Assembly: GCA_945929875.1 (NCBI GenBank)
Contig: CAMEOO010000003.1
Span: 1-61,949 of the forward strand
Reading direction: 5' to 3'
DNA from: an uncultured Bacillales bacterium
GTDB taxonomy: Bacteria; Bacillota_I; Bacilli_A; RFN20; CAG-449
DNA length: 61,949 nucleotides
Shown here: in pieces, positions 1 through 9,019 of the stretch
Position numbering within the stretch: the first letter of the stretch is position 1
Layout of the letters: every line of letters starts with the position of its first letter
Position numbers and translations under genes: made by a program
The notes under the pieces: model-generated
What the model saw: the letters and a program-made list of their open reading frames with translations, nothing else
What the model was told of the DNA's origin: nothing
The model's database searches: none

Positions 1-2
1 GA

Positions 3-416
3 AGAATGATGTATCGAATCGCAACTATTGTCGCTAATAGATCAAATTGTTTAGTAATCTCAAATGGTGAATCGATTGGTCAAGTGGCTTCTCAAACATT
101 AAAGAGTATTAAAGAAATTGAAAATGTCACTTCTTTACCAGTCATTAGACCTCTAGCGATCTTTGATAAAATCGATATCATTAAAATTAGTAGAGATATC
201 AAAACTTACGATATTTCTATTCGTCCTTTTGAAGATTGCTGCACGATTTTTGATCCTAAAAATCCAACTACTCAACCAAAAACAGAAACAATTGAAAAGA
301 TTGAACAAAGTTTCGATTATCAAAGTTTGATCGAAGAATGCGTAAATAATCTAGAAATCATTAAAGTCGATGAAAATTATTCATCTAATGAAGATAACTT
401 TGAAAAATTTTTATAA
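3..416 (+). CDS. thiI: tRNA 4-thiouridine synthase ThiI, C-terminal part (5' end lies outside the window)
   Basis: Frame is open to the window edge. Translation '...SNGESIGQVASQTL...LPVIRPL...FEDCCTIF' matches the ThiI PP-loop/C-terminal core as I recall it. Confidence 0.75.
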   Translation, partial: RMMYRIATIVANRSNCLVISNGESIGQVASQTLKSIKEIENVTSLPVIRPLAIFDKIDIIKISRDIKTYDISIRPFEDCCTIFDPKNPTTQPKTETIEKIEQSFDYQSLIEECVNNLEIIKVDENYSSNEDNFEKFL

Positions 417-461
417 AATAAATTATTCTTGTAAACACTATCTTTAGAAAGAGGTGAGTTT

Positions 462-638
462 ATGAGAAATACTAAAACTTCAAAGAAATCTACAGTTAAA
501 AATACTAAAACAACTCGTAGAAATCAAAACGAAGAATATGGTAGAGAACACGTTAGTGATTCTTCTACTCAAAGGCAAACTCGTCGAAGTGATTCAAAGG
601 CCAAAAACTGCTCGACTAGAAAGTCAACAAGAGGATAA
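462..638 (+). CDS. 58-aa very basic, Ser/Thr/Arg/Lys-rich small protein (hypothetical); below the ORF-track length cutoff
   Basis: ATG at 462 lies 5-10 nt after 'AGAAAGAGGTGA'. The frame is open to TAA at 636-638 (MRNTKTSKKSTVKNTKTTRRNQ...KSTRG) and is followed by a clean terminator. Confidence 0.45.
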   Translation: MRNTKTSKKSTVKNTKTTRRNQNEEYGREHVSDSSTQRQTRRSDSKAKNCSTRKSTRG

Positions 639-660
639 AATCCTTAATAGTCATTTAAAA

Positions 661-696
661 AGAGAACTAGGTAGAAAGTCTAAGTTCTCTTTTTTC
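661..696 (+). terminator. Rho-independent terminator
   Basis: AGAGAACT (661-668) pairs with AGTTCTCT (683-690), then a T6 run. Confidence 0.8.
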
Positions 697-728
697 GTAT
701 AAAAACAAGTATAGTATCAATAATAATA

Positions 729-1232
729 TTGATGATTTATTACTATATTTTTCTTTTTATTTTACTAGTTATCTACTTCTTATTTGCTTATGAATTAAAA
801 CTTAAAGTAAGCATATCTTTCTCTCATTTATCAGTGAAGGTTTTCTTTATCCCAATTATTTATTTAAAAGGTCCAAGATACAAGAAGTTTTTAAAAAAGC
901 TAATTCCAGAAAATAAAGAAAAGATGAAGGAAGAAATCGACATCTCTTCTTTAATAACTCTCGTTCATTTTGATTATCTTAATATCATCATTAAAAAGAA
1001 TGTTGTTGATTATTTAGCTTATTCATTTTTAATTGCGGGGTTTGATATATTAAATAATATGCTTATTTATTATATTAAAGAAAATATCAAAGAATATAAT
1101 TTTAAAATTGAAGAAAATGAAAAGAATAATATTGATATAGATAGTAAATTCCATTTCAATCTTGGAATCATTTTATTAAATCTATTTATCATAAATCGGA
1201 GGTATAAAAATGTTCAAAAGGCCAATAAATGA
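729..1232 (+). CDS. Small membrane protein, YtfI-like (DUF2953-type) by position upstream of ytfJ
   Basis: Hydrophobic N-terminus. Its 3' end overlaps the ytfJ-like gene. The call rests on B. subtilis ytfI-ytfJ synteny, not on motifs. Confidence 0.4.
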   Translation: MMIYYYIFLFILLVIYFLFAYELKLKVSISFSHLSVKVFFIPIIYLKGPRYKKFLKKLIPENKEKMKEEIDISSLITLVHFDYLNIIIKKNVVDYLAYSFLIAGFDILNNMLIYYIKENIKEYNFKIEENEKNNIDIDSKFHFNLGIILLNLFIINRRYKNVQKANK

Positions 1233-1599
1233 AATGCTTCATTCTTCTTTAGAGTCTTTATCTAACTTGATTGACTCTAGCAAGGTGATTGGTAAACCGA
1301 TTCAAATAGGGGAAGATAAAATAGTCGTACCAATTTCTAAAGTGACTTTAGGTTTTGGCGTGGGTGGTAGCGAATTTAATGTTTCTAACAAAAAGAATAA
1401 AAAACTAAAAAATGAACTATCTTTTGAAGTTAGCGATGAACTTTATCCTTATGGAGGAGGCCAACTTGGAGGGATGAGCATCGTTCCTGAAGCTTTTCTC
1501 ATCGTTTCAAATAATAAATCAGAAATTGTCTATTTTGATAAGAACCCATCATTATTTGCTAAGACTTTAGATCTAATAAAAGATATTATTAAGAAATAA
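1210..1599 (+). CDS. ytfJ: Sporulation protein YtfJ / GerW family
   Basis: RBS GGAGGT 6 nt before the ATG. Motifs 'GKPI..GE..IVPISKV..GFG.GG.E' and 'GGG..GG..I.P.AFL.V' are typical of the GerW/YtfJ family. Confidence 0.75.
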   Translation: MFKRPINEMLHSSLESLSNLIDSSKVIGKPIQIGEDKIVVPISKVTLGFGVGGSEFNVSNKKNKKLKNELSFEVSDELYPYGGGQLGGMSIVPEAFLIVSNNKSEIVYFDKNPSLFAKTLDLIKDIIKK

Positions 1600-1603
1600 A
1601 AAA

Positions 1604-1621
1604 ACATAGCCGAAGCTATGT
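1604..1621. terminator. Bidirectional hairpin between convergent ytfJ and rplT
   Basis: ACATAGC-CGAA-GCTATGT, with an A-run on one side and a T-rich tract on the other. The T-run is strongest for the minus-strand (rplT) transcript. Confidence 0.75.
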
Positions 1622-1622
1622 C

Positions 1623-1979
1623 TTATTTAACTAATGCAGCTTTTGCTTTTTCAACTAAAGAAGCAAAGCCTTTTTCGTCAGTGATTGCCATTTCAGAAAG
1701 CATCTTTCTATTGATGTTAATTCCTGAAACTTTCAATCCGTGCATTAATGTTGAATAGTTGATGTCGTAATTTCTGCAAGCAGCATTGATTCTAACAATC
1801 CATAATTTACGATAGTCTGATTTGATTTTTCTTCTTGATACGTAAGAATAGTGTAATGAATGTAATACTTGTTCATTCGCGGTCTTAAACAAAGCGTGTT
1901 TAGAACCGAAGTAACCTTTTGCTCTATTTAAAACTTTTTTTCTTCTTGCGTGTGTGACTGTTCCACCTTTTACTCTCAT
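1623..1979 (-). CDS. rplT: 50S ribosomal protein L20
   Basis: Translation [22 protein letters not shown] is the canonical L20 N-terminus. Operon order is infC-rpmI-rplT. Confidence 0.97.
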   Translation of the reverse strand: MRVKGGTVTHARRKKVLNRAKGYFGSKHALFKTANEQVLHSLHYSYVSRRKIKSDYRKLWIVRINAACRNYDINYSTLMHGLKVSGININRKMLSEMAITDEKGFASLVEKAKAALVK

Positions 1980-1993
1980 GGTTACTTACCTCC

Positions 1994-2188
1994 TTATTTT
2001 TGAATGAGAATTCTAACTCTCTTGACGTCAGAATTACTCATTGTGTTTGGCATTCTTAAATGTCTTTTTTGCTTTGTTGATTTGTGTGGCGCTAAATGGC
2101 TAACGTGTGAATGGAAAATTTTGATTTTTCCAGAGCCAGTTACTTTACATCTTTTTAGTAAAGCTCTTTTTGATTTCATTTTTGGCAT
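1994..2188 (-). CDS. rpmI: 50S ribosomal protein L35
   Basis: MPKMKSKRALLKRCKVTGSGKIK...H, 64 aa, canonical L35. Confidence 0.95.
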   Translation of the reverse strand: MPKMKSKRALLKRCKVTGSGKIKIFHSHVSHLAPHKSTKQKRHLRMPNTMSNSDVKRVRILIQK

Positions 2189-2200
2189 GATCTTGTCCTC

Positions 2201-2761
2201 CTATTTTTTATGCTTTGATGCTAAAATGCTAGTTAAGAGTTTTCCGTCCAATTTTGCTTCTTTTTCAATAACTGCGTTATCTAAGCAACCTTGGATGAAA
2301 CGATTCATTACTTCTTCTCCAACTTCAACGTGGGAAAGTTGTCTCCCTTTGAATCTCAATGTAACTTTTACTTTGTCTCCGGCTAAAAGAAATTTGTTCG
2401 CGGTTTTGATCTTGGTATCGATATCGTGTTGACCAATAACTGGAGAAAGTTGAATCTCTTTAATATCAATTTCTTTTGCTTTTTGATTTTTTTTCATTTC
2501 TTTTTGTTTCTTTTGATTTTCGAAACGATACTTTCCATAGTTTAAGATTTTACAAACTGGTGGATTAGCATCTTTAGAAACGCATACTAAATCAAGATTG
2601 TAAGTTTCTGCAACTTGTAGAGCTCTAAGCCTTGGCATCACACCAAGAGATCCTCCATTTGGATCGATAACTCTAACTTGAGGGAAGCGAATGCTTTCAT
2701 TGACCAAATCTTCATTTTCATTTTTCTTTGGATAAGGTCTAGGTTCATTGAAATAAATAAT
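2201..2761 (-). CDS. infC: Translation initiation factor IF-3; probable non-ATG (ATT) start
   Basis: 'INESIRFPQVRVIDPNG...' onward is canonical IF-3. GGAGGA (2774-2769) is followed in frame by ATT ATT ATT (2764/2761/2758). The ATG at 2818 lies upstream of a leader terminator and of the SD, so the ORF-track N-terminus is spurious. Confidence 0.9.
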   Translation of the reverse strand: MIYFNEPRPYPKKNENEDLVNESIRFPQVRVIDPNGGSLGVMPRLRALQVAETYNLDLVCVSKDANPPVCKILNYGKYRFENQKKQKEMKKNQKAKEIDIKEIQLSPVIGQHDIDTKIKTANKFLLAGDKVKVTLRFKGRQLSHVEVGEEVMNRFIQGCLDNAVIEKEAKLDGKLLTSILASKHKK

Positions 2762-2774
2762 AATAAATCCTCCT

Positions 2775-2809
2775 ATAAAATAAAATGGGCACAGAATCCT
2801 GCGCCCATT
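2775..2809 (-). terminator. Leader attenuator terminator just upstream of the infC RBS
   Basis: Minus strand: AATGGGC-gcaggattctgt-GCCCATT followed by TTTATTTTA, then GGAGGA. Confidence 0.7.
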
Positions 2810-2937
2810 AAAAGTCATATTAATCGATGTGACATTTTACCAATCTAACTTAGTTAAATCTGGTGAGAAGCGGGCGCCTCTTCTTTCCACAAATTTATTT
2901 GCAAATTTATCTTACTTATTATATGTAATTATGTCAA
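2810..2937 (-). promoter_or_regulatory. infC operon promoter (TTGACA at 2937-2932) plus L20-leader-like untranslated region
   Basis: A ~150-nt leader with a GC-rich hairpin (GAAGAGGCGCCCGCTTC, ~2866-2884) precedes the attenuator. Firmicute infC operons are known to carry an L20-binding leader. The fold was not verified. Confidence 0.45.
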
Positions 2938-3071
2938 TAATTATTTTATTTTTTTAGAAAATTTTCTTTATAAAAGATTAAGATTAAGTTAATTAACTTA
3001 AAGAAGTGTTTCTCTAATTGACTAATATTTGTCAATCACTTATATTTATAAGTGTTTTGGAGGACAAATTT

Positions 3072-4373
3072 ATGAGTATTGTTAATGAAATGATGGATTT
3101 TCTTTCGATGAGTCCAACTGCATTTAATGCAGTAGACAATATAAAAAATATATTAATAAAAGAAGGATATACTTTGTTAAGCAAACATGAGGATTTTAAT
3201 GTAGAGAAAGGTAAAAAGTATTTTGTCATTTGTAATAATACATCCCTTATCGCTTTTAAAGTAGGAAAAAACATTAATGAAAATTATGGATTTAACATCG
3301 CTAGTTCTCATAGCGATTCACCTTGTTTTAAACTAAAGCCAAATTATGAATCAAAGACGGACATCTATAATAAGATAAACGTTGAACCATACGGAGGGAT
3401 GATTTGCTCAACTTGGTTAGATCGACCTTTATCTATTGCGGGTAGAGTACTTTATGAAGACGATGGATTTGTAAAAACAAAAATAGTTAATCTTGATAGA
3501 GACTTATTGATGATTCCTAATATGTGCATCCACTTTAACCGCGATATTAATTCTGGCCATCAATATAAGATGGATAGTGAAATGCAAGCTTTCATCAGTC
3601 AAAATATAGATGGAGCAACTTTATCTAAGCTTATTTCTAAAGAAGTGGATGGAAAGAAGATTTTAAGATCTGATCTATATTTATGCAATCATCAAAAACC
3701 AGTTATTTGGGGATTAAATAATGAATATATCTCTTCCCCTAGACTAGATGATTTAGAATGCGTTTTTACTTCGTTAAAAGGTTTTATTGATGGAGAAAAT
3801 GATTCAAACGTTTCGGTTTTAGCGATTTTTGATAATGAAGAAGTTGGTTCTTCTTCTCGTCAAGGAGCCGATTCAAATTTCTTAAAGAGCACTTTAAAAA
3901 GAATTAACTCTTCTTTAGGATTTTCAAAAGAAAATTATTATAAGGCATTAGCTTCTTCTTTTATGATTTCTGCAGATAACGCTCATGCAGTTCATCCAAA
4001 TAATCCAGGTATTACTGATCCCAACAATCATGTGTATATGAATAAAGGAATTGTCATTAAGTTTAACGCTTCTCAAACTTACACTAGCGATGGGATCACT
4101 GCTTCAATATTAGAGCAATTTTTACTTAAAAATAATATCCCTTATCAATTCTTTACTAATCGTAGCGATATTCGTGGAGGTTCTACTTTAGGAAATATTG
4201 CAAATAGCCACGTATCAGTTTTTACCGTCGATATTGGACTTGGCCAACTTGCTATGCATTCTTCTTATGAAACTGCTGGAAAAGAAGATGTTACTCACGC
4301 TTATAATTTGTTTAAAAAGTTCTATTCTTCGAAATTAGCTTTTGATAATGAAGGAAATGTGACTTTGAAATAA
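3072..4373 (+). CDS. M18-family aminopeptidase (aspartyl-aminopeptidase-like)
   Basis: RBS GGAGGA 7 nt before ATG 3072. Motifs 'ASSHSDSPCFKLKP', 'DNEEVGS.S.QGA' and 'AMHS..E' are typical of peptidase M18. Confidence 0.85.
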   Translation: MSIVNEMMDFLSMSPTAFNAVDNIKNILIKEGYTLLSKHEDFNVEKGKKYFVICNNTSLIAFKVGKNINENYGFNIASSHSDSPCFKLKPNYESKTDIYNKINVEPYGGMICSTWLDRPLSIAGRVLYEDDGFVKTKIVNLDRDLLMIPNMCIHFNRDINSGHQYKMDSEMQAFISQNIDGATLSKLISKEVDGKKILRSDLYLCNHQKPVIWGLNNEYISSPRLDDLECVFTSLKGFIDGENDSNVSVLAIFDNEEVGSSSRQGADSNFLKSTLKRINSSLGFSKENYYKALASSFMISADNAHAVHPNNPGITDPNNHVYMNKGIVIKFNASQTYTSDGITASILEQFLLKNNIPYQFFTNRSDIRGGSTLGNIANSHVSVFTVDIGLGQLAMHSSYETAGKEDVTHAYNLFKKFYSSKLAFDNEGNVTLK

Positions 4374-4403
4374 AATCAACGAATAATAAAAAAATGATAA
4401 ATT

Positions 4404-4444
4404 AATGTAACGTAAATCTAACGAAAAATACGTTGCATTTTTGT
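4404..4444 (+). terminator. Rho-independent terminator
   Basis: AATGTAACGTA...TACGTTGCATT stem (one G-U) followed by TTTTTG. Confidence 0.7.
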
Positions 4445-4779
4445 TATAACGAATTAATGTAATATTCCTTTAGGTTTATAATCGCCTTGCAAATATAATG
4501 TCAAATAAAATGCCATATTTACTATAGATAAATTTTTATATAAAATTTATGGTTTGGTAATTTTGTTTCAATATTGATAATATTACTTCAATTTGTTAAA
4601 ATGAATTTGTCTAGGAAGATATATGCGTTTCCTACATTATATTTAAGGGAATTCTTTTCATCTCTATGGTGTTGAATGCCAAACATAATCTCTTTGGAAT
4701 CCTAAAGTAGAGAAAGAATGCCCACTTGTCAAGGATAGGAATTATCCTAAAGCTTCCTAGATTTTTTATGGAGAAAAAT

Positions 4780-6747
4780 ATGAATATTGAACAACTTTCT
4801 ATTAATGCGATTAGAGCATTAGCCATCGATGGCATCAACAAAGCTAAATCAGGACATCCAGGTATGGCTCTTGGCAGCGCCCCAATTCTTTACACTTTAT
4901 TTACTAAGCATATAGTGACTGATCCAAATAATCCTGATTGGATTAATCGCGATCGTTTTGTTTTATCAGCCGGTCACGCTTCAATGTTACTTTATGTTAT
5001 GCTACATTTATCTGGCTTTAAAGTGACAATGGATGATCTAAAACAATTTAGGCAATTAAATTCAATTACTCCAGGTCATCCTGAAGTAGATGTTACTCCT
5101 GGAGTTGACGCTTCCAGTGGACCTCTAGGACAAGGAATTGCTCAAGCGGTTGGTATGGCTCTTGCGGAGACTTCTTTGCAAGCGATGTATCCAAATGGAG
5201 AGAAGTTAATATCTCATTATACATATTGTTTATGTGGCGATGGTTGCTTGCAAGAAGGAATTTCTCAAGAAGCTATCTCTTTTGCTGGAAGACAAAAATT
5301 AAATAAATTAATTTTATTCTATGATTGCAATCAAGTAACTCTTGATGGGGCGTTAGAATTAAGTTTCCACGAAGATGTGAAAAAAAGATTTGAAGCAAGT
5401 GAATGGAACGTCATTGAAGTTAAAGATGGCAACAATGTTAATGAAATTAATAAAGCAATTAAAAAAGCGAAGAAGAGTCAAGATAAACCTACGATGATTT
5501 TAGTTCATACCATTATTGGTTATGGATCAGTCAATCAAGGATTAAATAAAGTTCATGGCTCTCCTCTTGGTGAAGAAGATGGAAAAAGAGCAAAGCTTAG
5601 CTATGGATACGATTATCCAGATTTCTTCGTGCCAGAAGAAGTATATAAACACTTTAAGAAAACACTTATAAATCGAGGGAAGAAAGCATATTCAGAATGG
5701 AATAAAACTTTTGAGGACTATAAGAAAGTTTATCCAGAAGAAAGCACTAAATTCATTTCGGTGATGAATAACAATGTTTCTACTTACGTTTTTGATAAAG
5801 ATCCTTATTTTGAACCAGGCTTTAAAGATGCAACTAGAAAAACTTCACAATTATTATTAAATAATTTAAACAAGTCAGTATTTAACCTTATCGGTGGCAG
5901 CGCAGATGTCGCTGGTAGCGTTATGACTCATATCGATGGGGAAGTTGACTTTTCACCAAAACACCGCGAAGGAAGAAATATCAATTTTGGAATTAGAGAA
6001 TTTGCGATGGCTTCCATTCAAAATGGCATGCTACTTCATAAAGGACTAAGAACTTACGTTGGTTGCTTCTTAGTTTTCTCTGATTATTTAAAACCAGCAA
6101 TTCGTATGGCAGCTTTAAGTAATTTACCATCTATATATTTGTTCTCACACGATTCAATTGCCGTTGGAGAAGATGGACCAACTCATCAACCTATCGAACA
6201 ACTTGCGATGTTAAGAAGTATTCCAAATAACTACGTTTATCGTCCTTGCGATGCCAATGAACTAGTAATGAGCTATAAAAATAGTTTATTGAGCGTCGAT
6301 CATCCTTCTTGCATCCTATTAACTAGACAAGCCTTACCATTAATTGAAGGAAGTAGAAGTGAAGATGTCTATAAAGGAGGATACATCATTTCTAAAGAAA
6401 GAGGAGATATTCCTCAATTTACTCTTATTGCTACTGGTAGTGAAGTAAGTCTATGCGTCGAGGCTCAAAGTAAATTATTGATGCAAGGAATTGATGTAAG
6501 AGTAGTTTCTATACCTTGTGTTGAATTATTCTTAAAGCAAGATGGAGCATATATTAAACAAGTTCTTGGAGATAATTACTCTATGAGAATGGTTGTAGAA
6601 ATGGCTTCGACTTTCGGATGGCACAAATTTGCTCCTCACGTTATGGGAATTGATACATTTGGAAAATCAGGACCTGCAAATGATGTAATAAATTACTTCA
6701 ACTTTACTAGTGATGAAGTGATTAGAAGAGTAAAGGAAATTATTTAG
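4780..6747 (+). CDS. tkt: Transketolase
   Basis: 'SGHPG..LG.A', 'GDGC..EG...EA' and 'G.DGPTHQP.E' motifs. GGAG lies 6 nt before ATG 4780; the ORF-track start at 4726 is likely too early. Confidence 0.95.
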   Translation: MNIEQLSINAIRALAIDGINKAKSGHPGMALGSAPILYTLFTKHIVTDPNNPDWINRDRFVLSAGHASMLLYVMLHLSGFKVTMDDLKQFRQLNSITPGHPEVDVTPGVDASSGPLGQGIAQAVGMALAETSLQAMYPNGEKLISHYTYCLCGDGCLQEGISQEAISFAGRQKLNKLILFYDCNQVTLDGALELSFHEDVKKRFEASEWNVIEVKDGNNVNEINKAIKKAKKSQDKPTMILVHTIIGYGSVNQGLNKVHGSPLGEEDGKRAKLSYGYDYPDFFVPEEVYKHFKKTLINRGKKAYSEWNKTFEDYKKVYPEESTKFISVMNNNVSTYVFDKDPYFEPGFKDATRKTSQLLLNNLNKSVFNLIGGSADVAGSVMTHIDGEVDFSPKHREGRNINFGIREFAMASIQNGMLLHKGLRTYVGCFLVFSDYLKPAIRMAALSNLPSIYLFSHDSIAVGEDGPTHQPIEQLAMLRSIPNNYVYRPCDANELVMSYKNSLLSVDHPSCILLTRQALPLIEGSRSEDVYKGGYIISKERGDIPQFTLIATGSEVSLCVEAQSKLLMQGIDVRVVSIPCVELFLKQDGAYIKQVLGDNYSMRMVVEMASTFGWHKFAPHVMGIDTFGKSGPANDVINYFNFTSDEVIRRVKEII

Positions 6748-6763
6748 TAGGAAGAATAGTAAA

Positions 6764-7177
6764 ATGAATATTTTTAATTATTTGACCCCTAAGTCAGAGA
6801 CATTCTATCTTGAATATAACTGCACTATTAGACAGGCATTAGAAAAGTTTGATAATCACAAATTTACTATAGTCCCTCTTTTAGATAAGCAAGGCAGATA
6901 TGTTACTACTTTATCTTGTGGAGATTTATTAAGATACATCAAAAATGATCTTGATTTTGATGTGTCTAAAGCTGAGCATACCACTGTTGATACTATCGAA
7001 AAGTATCGACCATATAAATATTTGACCATATCCGCGAATTTGAGTGAAGTATATTTATTATCCTTAGAGCAAAACTTCGTTCCAATCGTCGATGATCGAA
7101 TGATGTATATTGGGATAATTAAAAGAAAAGATATCATTAAATATATTTTTAGTAAATATAACGTTTTAGACGATTAA
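6764..7177 (+). CDS. CBS-domain-pair protein
   Basis: 137 aa with two CBS-like halves ('..VPLLDKQGRYV..LS.GDLL', 'FVPIVDDRMMYIGIIKRKDI'). Confidence 0.7.
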   Translation: MNIFNYLTPKSETFYLEYNCTIRQALEKFDNHKFTIVPLLDKQGRYVTTLSCGDLLRYIKNDLDFDVSKAEHTTVDTIEKYRPYKYLTISANLSEVYLLSLEQNFVPIVDDRMMYIGIIKRKDIIKYIFSKYNVLDD

Positions 7178-7556
7178 GTTTTATATTATAGACATAAAAA
7201 CTCTCAATTAGTGCACTAACGATAGCGAGGGTGAATTCAACTAAAAATGGCATACCGATGAAACAATTTCGGTTTAGACCTAAACCAAAAAGAAATAGTC
7301 AATTTTAAGCAATAATTGTATTTCTATATACTTATTTTTCACCTGTATGTGCATATAAATGATGAAAAAATATGCATAAATTAATTGTCATTCGACTAAT
7401 TAAACACATTTGTTTGACTGAAATTATAACAGTTGAAACCATTACGTCTCCATGTTTTCAAATAATCATTGTACTTTTCATCTAAAATAATATGAATTTA
7501 GGAGATTTGGCTCTTGGTAGGAGATAAAATGAATGATTGCTACTAAATAACCTAAT

Positions 7557-7583
7557 AAAACTCCCCATTATGAGAGTTTTTTT
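7557..7583. terminator. Hairpin + T-run just downstream of the minus-strand MreB-like gene (also reads as a plus-strand terminator)
   Basis: AAAACTC-cccattatga-GAGTTTT, with T7 on the plus strand and TTTTATT on the minus strand. Confidence 0.55.
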
Positions 7584-7590
7584 ATAAAGA

Positions 7591-8604
7591 TTATTTTTTC
7601 TTTTTAGTTTTATTTTCGTAAAGTTTTTGATGAACTACATTTTTAATTCCGTTTATAACAGAATAGGTAGGATCGCTAGCAACTCTTATTGCGATATTGA
7701 GATTGCTTTCTAGATATTCTCTCATTCCTCCAAGAATACTCATACCTCCACAGATGATGATTCCTGATTCGATGATGTCAGAAGCAACTTCTGGGGGTGT
7801 GATTTCTAGACAATCGGTGATGTCTTCAATTAATGGTCTAATACAAGAAGTTATAACTTGTTTGATTTCGACTGTAGAAATAACTACGCTTGAAGGAAGG
7901 CTTGATACTAAATCTCTTCCAGAGACTTCTAGTAGTCGATTTTCAGGGAATTGTTCCACTGAACCGATTTTCATCTTAATGTATTCGCTAGTTTTTTCTC
8001 CAATAATCAAGTGATGTTTTTTTCTTAAGTGCCTAGTGATTGCTTCGTCAACTTTTTTTCCTGAGAAAGAACAAGTTCTTGAAATTAATAATTTAGTGCC
8101 AGAAGTGATGGAAATATCTGAACAGCCTCCGCCTAAAGAAACAATTAAGTTTCCTCTAGAAGAGATATCGCCACTATCACATCCAAGTAGAGCAAGATAA
8201 GATTGAGAGAAGAACTCTAGTGAATCAACATCTAAATTCTTCGCTAATTTTTTAAGTGCGAGAATGTTAACTTCATTAAGTTCGCTACAAGTTGAGATGA
8301 TTAGCTTTGCTCTTTTAAATAAATTTTTATGATTTTTTTCTTTTAATATCGATTTAATTAAAAGAGTTTCCATGCTGATAGAACTAATTAACCCATTATT
8401 GACTGGATTAACCACTTGTACATTCTCTGGCTCTTTTCCTTGCATTTTTAAGGCTAAGTAACCAGTGTTTACTACTTTTCTATTTTGAGTATTGATGCTT
8501 ACATAGTTTGGTTCATTATAGATTATTCCTTTACTTGGAGTATAGATAATTAAATTTGATGAACCTAAATCAATTCCAACTATTTTTTGTTTCATTTTTA
8601 TCAC
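7591..8604 (-). CDS. MreB/Mbl-family actin-like protein (divergent, isolated from mreCD)
   Basis: 'IVGIDLGSSN..IY....GII.NEP', 'IVSLGGGCSDISI', 'IGE.T.E.IK..IG' and 'GIIICGGMS.L.G' follow the order of the MreB phosphate/adenosine motifs. Confidence 0.8.
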   Translation of the reverse strand: MIKMKQKIVGIDLGSSNLIIYTPSKGIIYNEPNYVSINTQNRKVVNTGYLALKMQGKEPENVQVVNPVNNGLISSISMETLLIKSILKEKNHKNLFKRAKLIISTCSELNEVNILALKKLAKNLDVDSLEFFSQSYLALLGCDSGDISSRGNLIVSLGGGCSDISITSGTKLLISRTCSFSGKKVDEAITRHLRKKHHLIIGEKTSEYIKMKIGSVEQFPENRLLEVSGRDLVSSLPSSVVISTVEIKQVITSCIRPLIEDITDCLEITPPEVASDIIESGIIICGGMSILGGMREYLESNLNIAIRVASDPTYSVINGIKNVVHQKLYENKTKKKK

Positions 8605-9019
8605 CGTCTAAATTTTAACAAATATAGAGTTCTTTATAAATATATTTTTTTATTTTTATAATAGCAAAAGATAACAAATTATATTAATTTCTTATATTGA
8701 TAATATAAATGTAATTTATTTTCCTTTTTTCTCTTCAAAAAACATAACAATATATCTATTGATTTAGTTTTGCATTTTTCCAACTCTAATTGATGCTTTT
8801 ATTCATGGATTTTAAACACATAATATAGAAATGAATAACCGTTTACTGAAATAAAGTATTTCTTTTTTAAATTAGACAATGTCAAAATTATCTAGATAAT
8901 AATAAAAATCTTTTTATCACAAATCATAATAATGGCAAAAAAGTGAATTAAGAAAAAATAAGTATACTTTTTATTTTTTAAATAGTAAAATAAACATTGT
9001 TGAAAAAAGGAGAAATACA

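Noticed and set aside
2004-2432. 142-aa plus-strand ORF
   Set aside because: It lies entirely antisense to rpmI and infC, which have unmistakable ribosomal/IF-3 translations. It is a shadow ORF typical of AT-rich DNA.
2762-2818. N-terminal 19 codons of the ORF-track infC ('MTFNGRRILCPFYFIGGFI')
   Set aside because: This stretch contains the leader terminator hairpin and the SD itself, so it is not coding.
4445-4779. 335-bp leader upstream of tkt with several small hairpins (TAGGAA/TTCCTA, GGATA/TATCC) and a repeated 'CCTAAAG'; considered as a riboswitch or sRNA
   Set aside because: I could not recognise any conserved riboswitch core (for example no TPP 'CUGAGA' box and no T-box specifier/T-box sequence). 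It would need an Rfam scan and is left unannotated.
7178-7556. 380-bp intergenic region with a 5-codon mini-ORF (ATGAATGATTGCTACTAA at 7529, behind GGAGAT) ahead of the 7557-7583 hairpin; considered as a leader peptide or sRNA
   Set aside because: There is no downstream plus-strand gene to regulate. The hairpin is adequately explained as the terminator of the minus-strand MreB-like gene. The evidence is too thin.
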